A stretch of 64,000 nt of DNA, taken from the NCBI GenBank assembly GCA_965222375.1, contig CBDCTZ010000016.1, positions 1,888,001 to 1,952,000 of the forward strand, in the 5' to 3' direction. Position 1 is the stretch's first letter; each line of letters begins with the position of its first letter. Shown piece by piece: positions 19,877-28,765 of the stretch. The position numbers and the translations under genes were made by a program. This DNA is from Polyangiaceae bacterium. Its GTDB lineage: Bacteria; Myxococcota_A; Polyangia; Polyangiales; Polyangiaceae. The notes under the pieces are model-generated. The model searched no databases. It worked only from the letters and a program-made list of their open reading frames with translations, and was not told where the DNA came from.

Positions 19877-21325
19877 ATGGCTAGCGAGAAATCCGCCGTC
19901 CTGGGCGTCATGCCCCTCCCGGGTGATGTCATCGCTGGCAAGTACCTCATTCTGCGGACCATCGGCGAGGGCGGCATGGGCATGGTCTTCGAGGCCGTGC
20001 ACGAGCGCCTCAAACAGCGGGTCGCGATCAAGGTTCTGCGCTGCCAGGAACTCGACAAAGTGGACGAGTACTCTGGCCGATTCGAGCGCGAGGCTCGCGC
20101 AGCCGCCAAGCTCAAAGGCAAGAACGTCGCGCGAGTGACGGACGTGGACACCCTCGCCGATGGGACACCGTTCATGGTGATGGAGTACCTGGAGGGGGTC
20201 GACTTGGATTCAGAAATCGAGCGCCGCGGCCGAATTACGGTCTCGGAGGCGGTCGACTACGTCATTCAGGCCTGCTCAGGCGTGGCGGAAGCCCACTCCC
20301 GAGGAATCGTGCATCGGGATCTGAAGCCTCACAACTTGTTTCTCACCCAAGAGGACAACGCCGTCGTGGTGAAGCTGCTGGACTTTGGAATCAGCAAGGT
20401 TCAGGACGAACGCGAAACCTCGGTTACATTGACGCGCTCTACTCTGGGCACGCCTTTGTACATGTCGCCCGAGCAGATTCGCGCCACTCACAATGCGGAT
20501 GTCCGCTCTGATGTCTGGTCGCTTGGTGTGATTCTGTATGAGTTGCTCACTGGCAGAACGCCCTTCGATGGCGAGAACCCCGCAGCCGTGATCGCTGCCA
20601 TTACGGCGGACGAGGTTCCACCTCCGAAGACGCATCGTCCGGATCTGTCAGAGGCCCTGGATGCGGTCGTCATGAAGGCGCTTCAAAAATGCCCCGACGA
20701 TCGCTATCAGTCCGCGAAAGAAATGGCCCAAGCGCTACTGCCTTTCGGGGAGAAAGTGTCCTGGCTGCCCCCGCCGCGGCTCTCGGGTGTGGATTTTCGG
20801 GCGTCGGTGCCTGACTCCCCGACCCTGGACTTGAAGGAGCTGGAGGATCCCAGGCGCCCCTCACCCGAGGCCTCGGCGTCCCAATCGAGCCCACAGGCCT
20901 CGTCCCCGGCGGTCAAGAACTGGATTGTGGTCGCTCTGGTCGCGGTTGCCGTCATCGCCACCGTGCTGTTCTTTGCCACGAGGCCTGCGGAGTCGACTGA
21001 AGGGGATGCCAGGGCTGAGGCTGGGGCGACCCGCGAGGCCAAGCCCGTGAGCGCCTCGAAAACCGAAAGCCGACCCGAGCCCTCGTTGGCTCCGCTCGCA
21101 ACTAGCGCGACTTCCGCGCCCTCTGCGCCCAAACACCAAGGGCAAGCGAGCCCCCCTGTCCCAGCTCCCACGAAAGCGGTTCGGCCCAAGAAAGCACCCG
21201 CCCATACCCCGCCCGCCGCGAAACCAGTTATAAGACCCGCCCCGCCGAAGGCAACGACCGCGGAGCCAGCCCCGAAGCCCGCACCCGCGCCCCCACCAGC
21301 CACTGAAAACCCCGTTCACCTATGA
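19877..21325 (+). CDS. membrane-anchored Hanks-type Ser/Thr protein kinase
   Basis: IGEGGMG, VAIK, HRDLKPHN, DFG, YMSPEQ, DVWSLG; one TM and a Pro-rich tail. Confidence 0.95.
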   Translation: MASEKSAVLGVMPLPGDVIAGKYLILRTIGEGGMGMVFEAVHERLKQRVAIKVLRCQELDKVDEYSGRFEREARAAAKLKGKNVARVTDVDTLADGTPFMVMEYLEGVDLDSEIERRGRITVSEAVDYVIQACSGVAEAHSRGIVHRDLKPHNLFLTQEDNAVVVKLLDFGISKVQDERETSVTLTRSTLGTPLYMSPEQIRATHNADVRSDVWSLGVILYELLTGRTPFDGENPAAVIAAITADEVPPPKTHRPDLSEALDAVVMKALQKCPDDRYQSAKEMAQALLPFGEKVSWLPPPRLSGVDFRASVPDSPTLDLKELEDPRRPSPEASASQSSPQASSPAVKNWIVVALVAVAVIATVLFFATRPAESTEGDARAEAGATREAKPVSASKTESRPEPSLAPLATSATSAPSAPKHQGQASPPVPAPTKAVRPKKAPAHTPPAAKPVIRPAPPKATTAEPAPKPAPAPPPATENPVHL

Positions 21326-22341
21326 ACCGCGTTTGCGCTTGTCTCGTCTTGCTCGCCTGTGCGTCCTTGGCGGATTCCGTTGCGGGTGCGCCGCCGGGAA
21401 AACCACCCGGCGCGCCGGGTGACCCGAGTGAGAAGCAGGAACCGAAGCCGCCGGCAGAAACCGGGGCCGATGCGCCTGCCAGCGAGCCCGAACCCGCGCT
21501 GCCATCGAAAGCCGAATCGCTCAAGGCCCAAGGCGATGCTGCGATGAAGCGCCTGGCGTATGAGCAAGCGCTTCGGATGTACCGAGACGCCTACGCGCTC
21601 GAGCCGTCCCCGGTGCTGTCCTACAACAAGGGGCGTGCATTGCAGGCATTGACCCGCTACCCGGAGGCGTTGACAGAACTCGAGACCTTCGAGCGAGAGG
21701 CCTCGCCGGAGTTGAAGGCGAGAGTGCCAAAGCTCCAGCAACTCCTCGATGACCTGCGCGCCCGGGTGGCGACGCTTCAAGTTAGCTGCAACGTAGCTGG
21801 GGCACGGGTGCTGCTGGGGCGGAAGGTCATCGGTACGACGCCCATGAAGCAGCTGCGGGTAAACGCCGGGCGAGCGATCTTGGAAGTCTCGAAGGAGGGC
21901 TACCGTCCCTACCGCAAACGGGTGACCCTTCGCGGAAAGACCGCCCAGTCCGTGACGGTGAAACTTCTGTCCAAGAGCACCACAGGCGTGCTGGAGGTGA
22001 CCTCTCCCGTTGCTGGAGCGACGGTGTTTGTAAACGACAAGAAGATCGGAACTGTGCCCGCCCAGGCTCAGCTCACGGCCGGCGAACATGAAGTGGTTGT
22101 GCGCCGGGAAGGGTACGATGAGGCCCGAACCAGCGCCGTGGTTCGCGTCGGTCGAGTGGCCAAGCTGAACGTCGCCCTCGACGAACCGCCGGGCATTACC
22201 TCCCGCTGGTGGTTTTGGACAGGTATCGGCGTCGCCGTGGCCGGTGGCACCGCGCTGACCATCGCCTTGTTGACGGAACGTTCGTCGGACGAAGGCGACA
22301 TTGCACCCGGCAAGGTAGCAGGGCCCTTGGTGCGGTTTTGA
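21322..22341 (+). CDS. TPR + PEGA domain protein
   Basis: TPR-like helices then two PEGA-like repeats (GARVLLG..IGTTP; GATVFVND..IGTVP..GEHEV); ATGA overlap with the kinase. Confidence 0.85.
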   Translation: MNRVCACLVLLACASLADSVAGAPPGKPPGAPGDPSEKQEPKPPAETGADAPASEPEPALPSKAESLKAQGDAAMKRLAYEQALRMYRDAYALEPSPVLSYNKGRALQALTRYPEALTELETFEREASPELKARVPKLQQLLDDLRARVATLQVSCNVAGARVLLGRKVIGTTPMKQLRVNAGRAILEVSKEGYRPYRKRVTLRGKTAQSVTVKLLSKSTTGVLEVTSPVAGATVFVNDKKIGTVPAQAQLTAGEHEVVVRREGYDEARTSAVVRVGRVAKLNVALDEPPGITSRWWFWTGIGVAVAGGTALTIALLTERSSDEGDIAPGKVAGPLVRF

Positions 22342-22343
22342 GC

Positions 22344-24002
22344 ATGCAACGCCCCGCGCTATCCCTTGTCCATCGCCTGGCCCTAGTGTCGACCGTGTTG
22401 TCAGCACTGCTGCTGACTCAGTGTCGGGAGCCGACCCAGTTCATGTTGGAGGTGACCACGGACGCGCAGTGCGTGGACGTTCGCGGCACCAGCATCACCG
22501 TGGGCAGCGCTAGCGCTCTGGCGGCCAAGGCCCCAGCGGCGCGCACCTCGGCATGCTCCAGTTCCGGCCGAATCGGCTCTCTCGCGGTCGTTCCGAGCGG
22601 GGACAAGGATGACGAGGTGGCGATTCGCGTCGTCACCGGGGTTGGCAAATCTCCCGAAGCCTGCGTCGACGACGGTTATGTGGGTGGTTGCATCGTTGCT
22701 CGGCGGATCTTGCGATTTCTCCCGCACACGCCGCTGAACCTGCCGGTACACATGGACGTTGATTGCCTGGATGTGCCCTGCGGAGCGACGGAAACCTGTT
22801 TCAAGGGTCAATGTGTGCCGGCGAAGATCGACTGCACCGACTCGGGCGGCTGCTTGCCGCAGGTGGGAGACGGCGGCGCGACGGACGCGGGCATCGATGG
22901 CTCGGGTGGTGCGGGTGGTGCGTCGGGAAGTGGTGGCACGGCAGGCGTCGATGCGTCCGCAGGAACGGGAGGCATGGATGCTGGAGATGCGGCGGCGGAT
23001 GCCTTGAGCTGCACGGCCCCTCAAGCGGATTGTAACAACAGCGCCGCGGACGGTTGCGAAACCGACTTGAACACCGACGCGCTTCACTGTGGCCAATGCG
23101 GGCGAGATTGCCAGGGAGGAACTTGCGCCCAGGGCATGTGCAGCGCGGTGACCATGTGGTCTGCTGCCAACGCCAGGCCGCGGCGTATCGCGCTCGACGC
23201 GACCCATATCTACTTCTTGGAGTTCACCAACGGCGTGTTGCGTCGGCTACCGAAGGCCGGTGGAGCCGTCGAGACCTTAGCCACAGCGAAGAAGCAGGGG
23301 ACAAACCTCGCTGTGGATTCCACTCACGTCTACTTCGTCGACGACTTCGAGCTCACGGTGAACCGTGTGCCGAAGGCTGGGGGGACCGTCGAGCAACTCG
23401 CGACCCTGGCCGGAGCGGCGACTTGGCTGACCTTGGATTCCGGCAACGTCTACGTCTCCGAGTCGGCCGCTCAGGGCAAGATCTACAAGCTCTCCAAGGC
23501 GGGTGGCGCGCCCACGGAGCTAGCCAGCTCGCTGTGGCCGGCAGGTGTAGCGGTCAGTGCAACCCACGCCTATTGGCCCAGCTTTCAGCTCAATGCCGGA
23601 CTTTGGCGCGTACCTTTGTCTGGAGGCACCGCGGAGATGCTCGATCCGACCACCAGCAATGGCCAGGAGACTGCTGTGGATGCGACGCACGTCTACTGGA
23701 CGGTGCTGAACGCCGGCGCCAACAAGGGTGAGCTGCGCAAATTGCCCCATGCCGGAGGAAATGTGGAGATCCTTGCGTCGGGGCAGGCTGGGCCAAAAGG
23801 CCTCGCACTGGATGGCAGCCACGCCTATTGGACGAACGCCGACGACGGCACCGTCAAGCGCGTTGCCCTCGACGGCAGTGATCAGCAGGCGGCTACGCTC
23901 GTCGATAGCTCCGGGACCACGCCCGTGGGAATCGCCGTCGATGCGACCAGCGTCTACTGGGTCGACGAAAAAGCCGGTCTGCTACGCCGCGTCACCAAGT
24001 GA
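22344..24002 (+). CDS. exported/lipoprotein with Cys-rich module and C-terminal beta-propeller
   Basis: LLTQC, DCN..DGCE..HCGQCG module, repeated (L/I)AVDATHVYW blades. Confidence 0.8.
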   Translation: MQRPALSLVHRLALVSTVLSALLLTQCREPTQFMLEVTTDAQCVDVRGTSITVGSASALAAKAPAARTSACSSSGRIGSLAVVPSGDKDDEVAIRVVTGVGKSPEACVDDGYVGGCIVARRILRFLPHTPLNLPVHMDVDCLDVPCGATETCFKGQCVPAKIDCTDSGGCLPQVGDGGATDAGIDGSGGAGGASGSGGTAGVDASAGTGGMDAGDAAADALSCTAPQADCNNSAADGCETDLNTDALHCGQCGRDCQGGTCAQGMCSAVTMWSAANARPRRIALDATHIYFLEFTNGVLRRLPKAGGAVETLATAKKQGTNLAVDSTHVYFVDDFELTVNRVPKAGGTVEQLATLAGAATWLTLDSGNVYVSESAAQGKIYKLSKAGGAPTELASSLWPAGVAVSATHAYWPSFQLNAGLWRVPLSGGTAEMLDPTTSNGQETAVDATHVYWTVLNAGANKGELRKLPHAGGNVEILASGQAGPKGLALDGSHAYWTNADDGTVKRVALDGSDQQAATLVDSSGTTPVGIAVDATSVYWVDEKAGLLRRVTK

Positions 24003-24011
24003 CCTGCGCGC

Positions 24012-24356
24012 TCAGTAGAAGCGTTCGAAGCTCTTGCGCCCGTGGCGATACTGAATCGTGCCGGGCTCGAAGCGGAGCCTGGACTTTTCGACGATCGCTT
24101 CGATCAGTGGTTTGCCCGGCCGCCCCTTGATCTTCATCCGCTGAAGCTTGTGCACTCGACGCATCTTGCGAACCGGTGCCTTGCGGACGGTCTTCGACGT
24201 TGCGCGCTGTTTGCTCGCTGGTGCTTTCAACGCGGGCACTTGGGCAGCCTTGACGACGGGCGCCTTCTTCGCGGACGCCTTGTCGGCTGCCAGGGCGGGC
24301 ACGGAGAAGGTGAGAGCGGCGGCGACGAGGAGTAGGCGTTTCATAGGCATGTTCAT
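24012..24356 (-). CDS. small secreted basic protein; tail weakly resembles GltF/CglF-type proteins
   Basis: Signal peptide ending ALA-A; tail IKGRPGKP..VEKSRLRFE. Confidence 0.55.
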   Translation of the reverse strand: MNMPMKRLLLVAAALTFSVPALAADKASAKKAPVVKAAQVPALKAPASKQRATSKTVRKAPVRKMRRVHKLQRMKIKGRPGKPLIEAIVEKSRLRFEPGTIQYRHGRKSFERFY

Positions 24357-24463
24357 TCTGACACAGCTACCCCGCTCCGCCTTTGCTGCTTCCCTCAGCG
24401 GCCTAAGTATTCGTAAAAGGTCGCCAAAATCGTCCGACGCCGGGGACGCGCTATGTTCGATTG

Positions 24464-26008
24464 ATGCGTAGGTTGCTCATCCTCGCCTTGCTGGCGACCG
24501 GCTGCGGCTCTGACGAATCCAGCCCCGGCGCACCGGGCGGCAGCAGCAGCGGAGGCGGTGCGGGAGTCGCTACCGGAGGCGCCAGCGGCGCGGGCGGTGC
24601 GGGCACGGGCGGTGATGCGGGCGCCGCGGGAACCGCAGGCGTCGGAGCTGGCTACGCAGCGGCCACCTTCCTCGCTTCTCACAACTCCTATTCCCCAGGC
24701 GCTGACCTGGGACCCGTCAAAGCGCAGCTAGACGCCGGCGTGCGCTTCCTCGAGTTCGACATCCACGACAACGACTTTGCCGCACAAGGCTTTCGTGTCG
24801 GTCATGACGCGCCCGGCGACGAGGTCTCGCTGGGTGGCGATAACCCGAGTGGGCTCGGACTCCCAGCTTGGCTTCAGGTCGTGGCGGACTGGACGAAGCA
24901 GAATGCGGGTCACGCTCCGATCACCATCGGTATCGATCTGAAAGACCCCTTGGACGACAACCCGTCGCATGCCGCGGGCAACCTGGCAGCTCTCAATGAC
25001 GTGATTCAAACCGCCTTCGGCTCTGCCCTCTACTCGGCATCGCAAGCGCCGAGTTCGCTACCCGCGCTCGATGCCATGCGCGATCGCGTCGTGGTCGTGC
25101 TCAGCGGCCACTACAAGTCGCGACAAGCCTACCGCCGCGACGAGGGCAAGAACCCCAGCATCGCCCTCAACTCCAAGGGCCAATTGCTCGAAATCCACGA
25201 TTCCGGGGGCGGCGACCTGTGGTATTGGACCGGCAGCCTTGCATCCTCGAAGGCCCGCTTCGCCCGCCACACCAAATACGATACCGGCAAGAACCCCGCG
25301 GTCCTCTTGGACGACTCCGGAGTGGTCGTGGAGGTACATGAACATCAGAGCACTTCCCAGCTCTTCTACCGGGTCGGGCAGCTAACAGGTGACCTAGAGG
25401 TCACATGGCACGGAAGCGCAGGAAATCCCTTTCCCGGTAACGACAACGGCCAGAATCCCAGCCTGGCCTGGGTCAACGAAGGCAGCACCCTGCGAGAGGT
25501 GCACAAGAGCCAGAACAACAGCCAGCACTGGTACTGGGACGGCGCCCTCAACGCCGCCAAAACCGACATCACCTGGACCCGTAAGTCCGCCGACGGTGGC
25601 AAAACCAGCGACCCTCTCTACGACAAGACCACTGCCACCTCCGGCGCCGACAGCGTCAAGGTCAGCACTGGCGCCCACGGCCCTTTCACCGGCGATGTCC
25701 TGCTGGTTTCCCTCAACGGTGGCGCGCTGCAACGCGTCCGCTACGAGCAGAGCATGTTCACGGAAGTGCAGTGGGGCAATTCAGATCTCGAAAAGGACGA
25801 TCCCTGGTTCTTCGCCGCCGACGCTCGCAATCCCACTACCAGCGCCTGGGCCGCGGGTTGGACGGCCTCGGGCAAGCTCTCCCGCCTCTGGGCCTTCAAC
25901 GACGTCAAGCACGCCACGATCCCCGCCACCAACTTCGCCGCCACCGACGAGCCTCTGGCCAGCTGGTACAAGAACTACTGCGCTGGCGTCGGTTGCGTAG
26001 CGCCGTAG
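24464..26008 (+). CDS. lipoprotein with PI-PLC X-like phosphodiesterase domain and an inserted three-repeat module
   Basis: LATGC; ASHNSY, QLDAGVRFLEFDIH, VGHD, IDLKD; three GxNP..E(I/V)H..(W/F)Y repeats. Confidence 0.75.
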   Translation: MRRLLILALLATGCGSDESSPGAPGGSSSGGGAGVATGGASGAGGAGTGGDAGAAGTAGVGAGYAAATFLASHNSYSPGADLGPVKAQLDAGVRFLEFDIHDNDFAAQGFRVGHDAPGDEVSLGGDNPSGLGLPAWLQVVADWTKQNAGHAPITIGIDLKDPLDDNPSHAAGNLAALNDVIQTAFGSALYSASQAPSSLPALDAMRDRVVVVLSGHYKSRQAYRRDEGKNPSIALNSKGQLLEIHDSGGGDLWYWTGSLASSKARFARHTKYDTGKNPAVLLDDSGVVVEVHEHQSTSQLFYRVGQLTGDLEVTWHGSAGNPFPGNDNGQNPSLAWVNEGSTLREVHKSQNNSQHWYWDGALNAAKTDITWTRKSADGGKTSDPLYDKTTATSGADSVKVSTGAHGPFTGDVLLVSLNGGALQRVRYEQSMFTEVQWGNSDLEKDDPWFFAADARNPTTSAWAAGWTASGKLSRLWAFNDVKHATIPATNFAATDEPLASWYKNYCAGVGCVAP

Positions 26009-26186
26009 CGGATCCGACAGCTCTGCCCCGGGTTGTTTTTTGGGGGGATGGTGCGCCCAGCGCGTCATCGGGAGTTCGGCGCGGTCCGGCGCGGGGTCAC
26101 TCCGTGCTTCCACTCGCTCTACCCGAGCCACATGCAGGGCCTCTCAAACCTGTCAAGCTCACCAGCGCAGGTCAGCGCCCTTCGAG

Positions 26187-26258
26187 TCACATGCGCCGTA
26201 TGAAGTTCAGCACCATCGCTAACAGCAACAGCCCCCCGATGACGAATGCGTAGATCAT
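26187..26258 (-). CDS. possible 23-aa single-TM small protein
   Basis: MIYAFVIGGLLLLAMVLNFIRRM with AAGG just upstream of the ATG. Confidence 0.3.
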   Translation of the reverse strand: MIYAFVIGGLLLLAMVLNFIRRM

Positions 26259-26340
26259 CGCCTTGTTGCGGCGTCCCGGGTTGAAAGTCGTGTCCCCAAA
26301 GGGGTTGTCCGCCTGCCGCGGAGTTGCGCAAGCTACTAAA

Positions 26341-26888
26341 ATGGTGGTGAGCGACAAACCCCAGCTCGCGGCTGGAGCCGGTGGCGTGAAGGTCACCTTC
26401 GACCGACAGCTTCACGCAGAGACCCGCGCGGAGATCGTTCGCGCTTTCAAGCGATTGAAAGCGGTCAAGCTCATCAAGGCCCCACTCTTTCGGCTTGTCG
26501 TCACCGAGAAGCGAGAGCCAGTTCTCGAGGCGCTGGGCTCGAGTCGGGGCGCAAACACGAATTTCCCGTTCGCCTTGCGGTCGGCAAAGGCAAGGCGAGC
26601 TTGGGCAAGAGTCCAATGCGTCCGGGGTCCGTACTGTGTGCCTTCATCGTACCGCTGAAAGGCAAGCTGCCAGATCTCCACTATCAAGTCACGGTGCCCG
26701 ACGGCATGGCCGATGGCCCCCAGAAGAAGTTGCTCGAAACACTCTCGAAAGTACCCGGCACCGCCGAGTACGAGATTGTCGGAGCAAACGCCGAGCTAAC
26801 CGCCTTGTCCAAACGCATGGAGTTTTTTTCGCCCGGTGACGCCACCTTCGTCTTCGACGAGAAATCGGACCTCGGCTTGCCTACCTAG
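26341..26888 (+). pseudogene. hypothetical protein apparently split by a frameshift near 26536
   Basis: Adding one G to CTGGGCTC joins ..EPVLEAL to GLESGRKHEFPVRLAVGKGKASLGKSPMR.. of ORF 26601-26888. Confidence 0.5.
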
Positions 26889-26922
26889 TTCGTTTGACGT
26901 GGACGAGTGCGAGGGCAAAGTG

Positions 26923-27241
26923 ATGAAAAAAGCAAGCGACACCTTCTTCGTCAACGTTCTATTTCCAAACCTCGCCGCCGCCATCGGCGGCCACCGATTC
27001 GAGGATGTGCGTGAGAAAAGTCATGGACGCGCGCGTCGCCTACGAGGAGCACCGAGCCGAACACGCGAATCGTGCAGAGCGGTTGCGGTTTCGGGGCAAT
27101 GACGATCAGCCCTATCCGATGCAGCTGGCGTTTGCCACCATCCAGGCGGCTGGCTGTCAGGCATGTGCCGTCGTCGAGACGTACCGAGGTCGCGTGAGTG
27201 ACGAGTTCTTCGAGCAGGCGCTGGATCACGTGCGAGGTTGA
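26923..27241 (+). pseudogene. hypothetical protein apparently split by a frameshift near 27017
   Basis: Removing one A from GAGAAAAGTC joins MKKASDTFF..FEDVREK to VMDARVAYEEH.. Confidence 0.5.
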
Positions 27242-27347
27242 TTTGTTGTAGCGTTCCGGCGCCCGGGCCCGTCGCAGCGGACTTGAACAAGTCGTGCACG
27301 CGAAGCTGCCTTGCGTGGCACATGGGGCGGCTGGGCCGCCGTCCACA

Positions 27348-27659
27348 TCAGTGCATGGCTTGCCGTCGCTGCGCCTCTTCATTCCTTCGCATCTGCATCA
27401 CCACACCAGCGGCACCAGCGCCTGCTCCGGCGGCGGTTGCCATCATCAGATTCTTCTTGGACGCTGACTGGCCCGGCACCGAGCAGACGCAGCCGCTGGT
27501 GTATTCGCCCATGTACACCATGCCTGCGACCTCCATGCCCTGCGACGAGCACTTGGCGTCGCAGCCCTTGCGGCCGTTTTCTATGTGTGGGCTTCCCGTG
27601 AAACTGGTGGCGCAGCCGCCGAGCAAGACGAGCAATATCGGTAGTCTGAAAATCTTCAT
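27348..27659 (-). CDS. small Cys-containing lipoprotein
   Basis: MKIFRLPILLVLLGGC lipobox, CxxxC and CxC; ATGA overlap with the upstream gene. Confidence 0.75.
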   Translation of the reverse strand: MKIFRLPILLVLLGGCATSFTGSPHIENGRKGCDAKCSSQGMEVAGMVYMGEYTSGCVCSVPGQSASKKNLMMATAAGAGAGAAGVVMQMRRNEEAQRRQAMH

Positions 27660-28324
27660 TGTTGTGTTCCCAAAGGTTCCGTCCAGGTGGTCGATGCGCC
27701 TTTTTGAATGGCGCCACGTTGTGCGTCGTACATTAGAATCCCACCGGTGATCGTGATCGCCGCTCCGCCGCCCGCGATGAGGATCCCCGTTGTTCGTGTG
27801 TCTTCGGAATCGCTCGCCAGAGCAACACCGCCAGCAATGGCCGCGACACCCAAGACCGTCAGCAATGTCGGTAACACGGGGATCCACGTGGGCTCCTCGA
27901 ACTTGCCAGGTGCGCGCAGGTAGTAGTTTAGGCCCTCGCGGACTTCCAACATGTCCGTGTCGCTCTGGTCGTAGGAGCCATCGGCGCTGGTCATGAACAG
28001 CTTGTAGCGACCGATGGGAAGGTCCGTGACGCAAGGAGTGGTGCACAGCTCGCCGGTGCGGTTTGGCGGGACGGGGTGGCCCGGTGGAACGAAGGCCGTG
28101 TCCGAACGTGCAGTGATCTTGAGGGAGTCATCTGTGCTGTCCAACACAACTCGCGCATGGTGGGGAGCGACCGGTGCGGCGGGGAGTTGCACGTTTGGCG
28201 CAACTCGCGGCGGCGGGCTGCGCGGTTCGAGAACCTTGGGCTCTCCGCGGCATCCGCTCAACAACGAGGTGACCGCCAGGCTCAGAGCACTGATTCTGAG
28301 CGGCCCCCAGGATCGGACTGGCAT
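27656..28324 (-). CDS. lipoprotein with PEGA-like beta domain and C-terminal hydrophobic hairpin
   Basis: LLSGC; LCTTPC..LP.G.Y motif; two Gly-rich hydrophobic helices. Confidence 0.7.
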   Translation of the reverse strand: MPVRSWGPLRISALSLAVTSLLSGCRGEPKVLEPRSPPPRVAPNVQLPAAPVAPHHARVVLDSTDDSLKITARSDTAFVPPGHPVPPNRTGELCTTPCVTDLPIGRYKLFMTSADGSYDQSDTDMLEVREGLNYYLRAPGKFEEPTWIPVLPTLLTVLGVAAIAGGVALASDSEDTRTTGILIAGGGAAITITGGILMYDAQRGAIQKGASTTWTEPLGTQQ

Positions 28325-28765
28325 GAGCTACGTCGATACACCGCGCGGCGTTGGAACGAAATGGCAAGCAAACCGCTGGCGCTCGGAGTCGCCAGAGCCT
28401 CGCGTGTTTTGGAATATCTATTCTAAAACTGTGGAACAGGAACTCACGGATGTAGCTCGAGCACCACCCTTGAGGGATGCAGTACCCGTCAGCTCGGACC
28501 GACGCGAGAGCAGCCGTGGCCCGGTGCCCCCGCAAGGCCTGATGTGAGACTAGTGGCCCAGCGATGCCCCACTCCCGCGACCCCAAACCCAAAGAAACCC
28601 ACATGGATGCGTGACGTGGCGGGTCGCATGCGACGGAGGATCCCGCGGTTTCTGTAGCGCGTCAGGATCGAGCAACAAGCCTTAACCATACGTAATTATT
28701 AGCAATTTGTAGTGTGCTCCGAGATGCGGAAAGGTGCGGCACTGTCGTTGCACAGGGGGAGGGGT

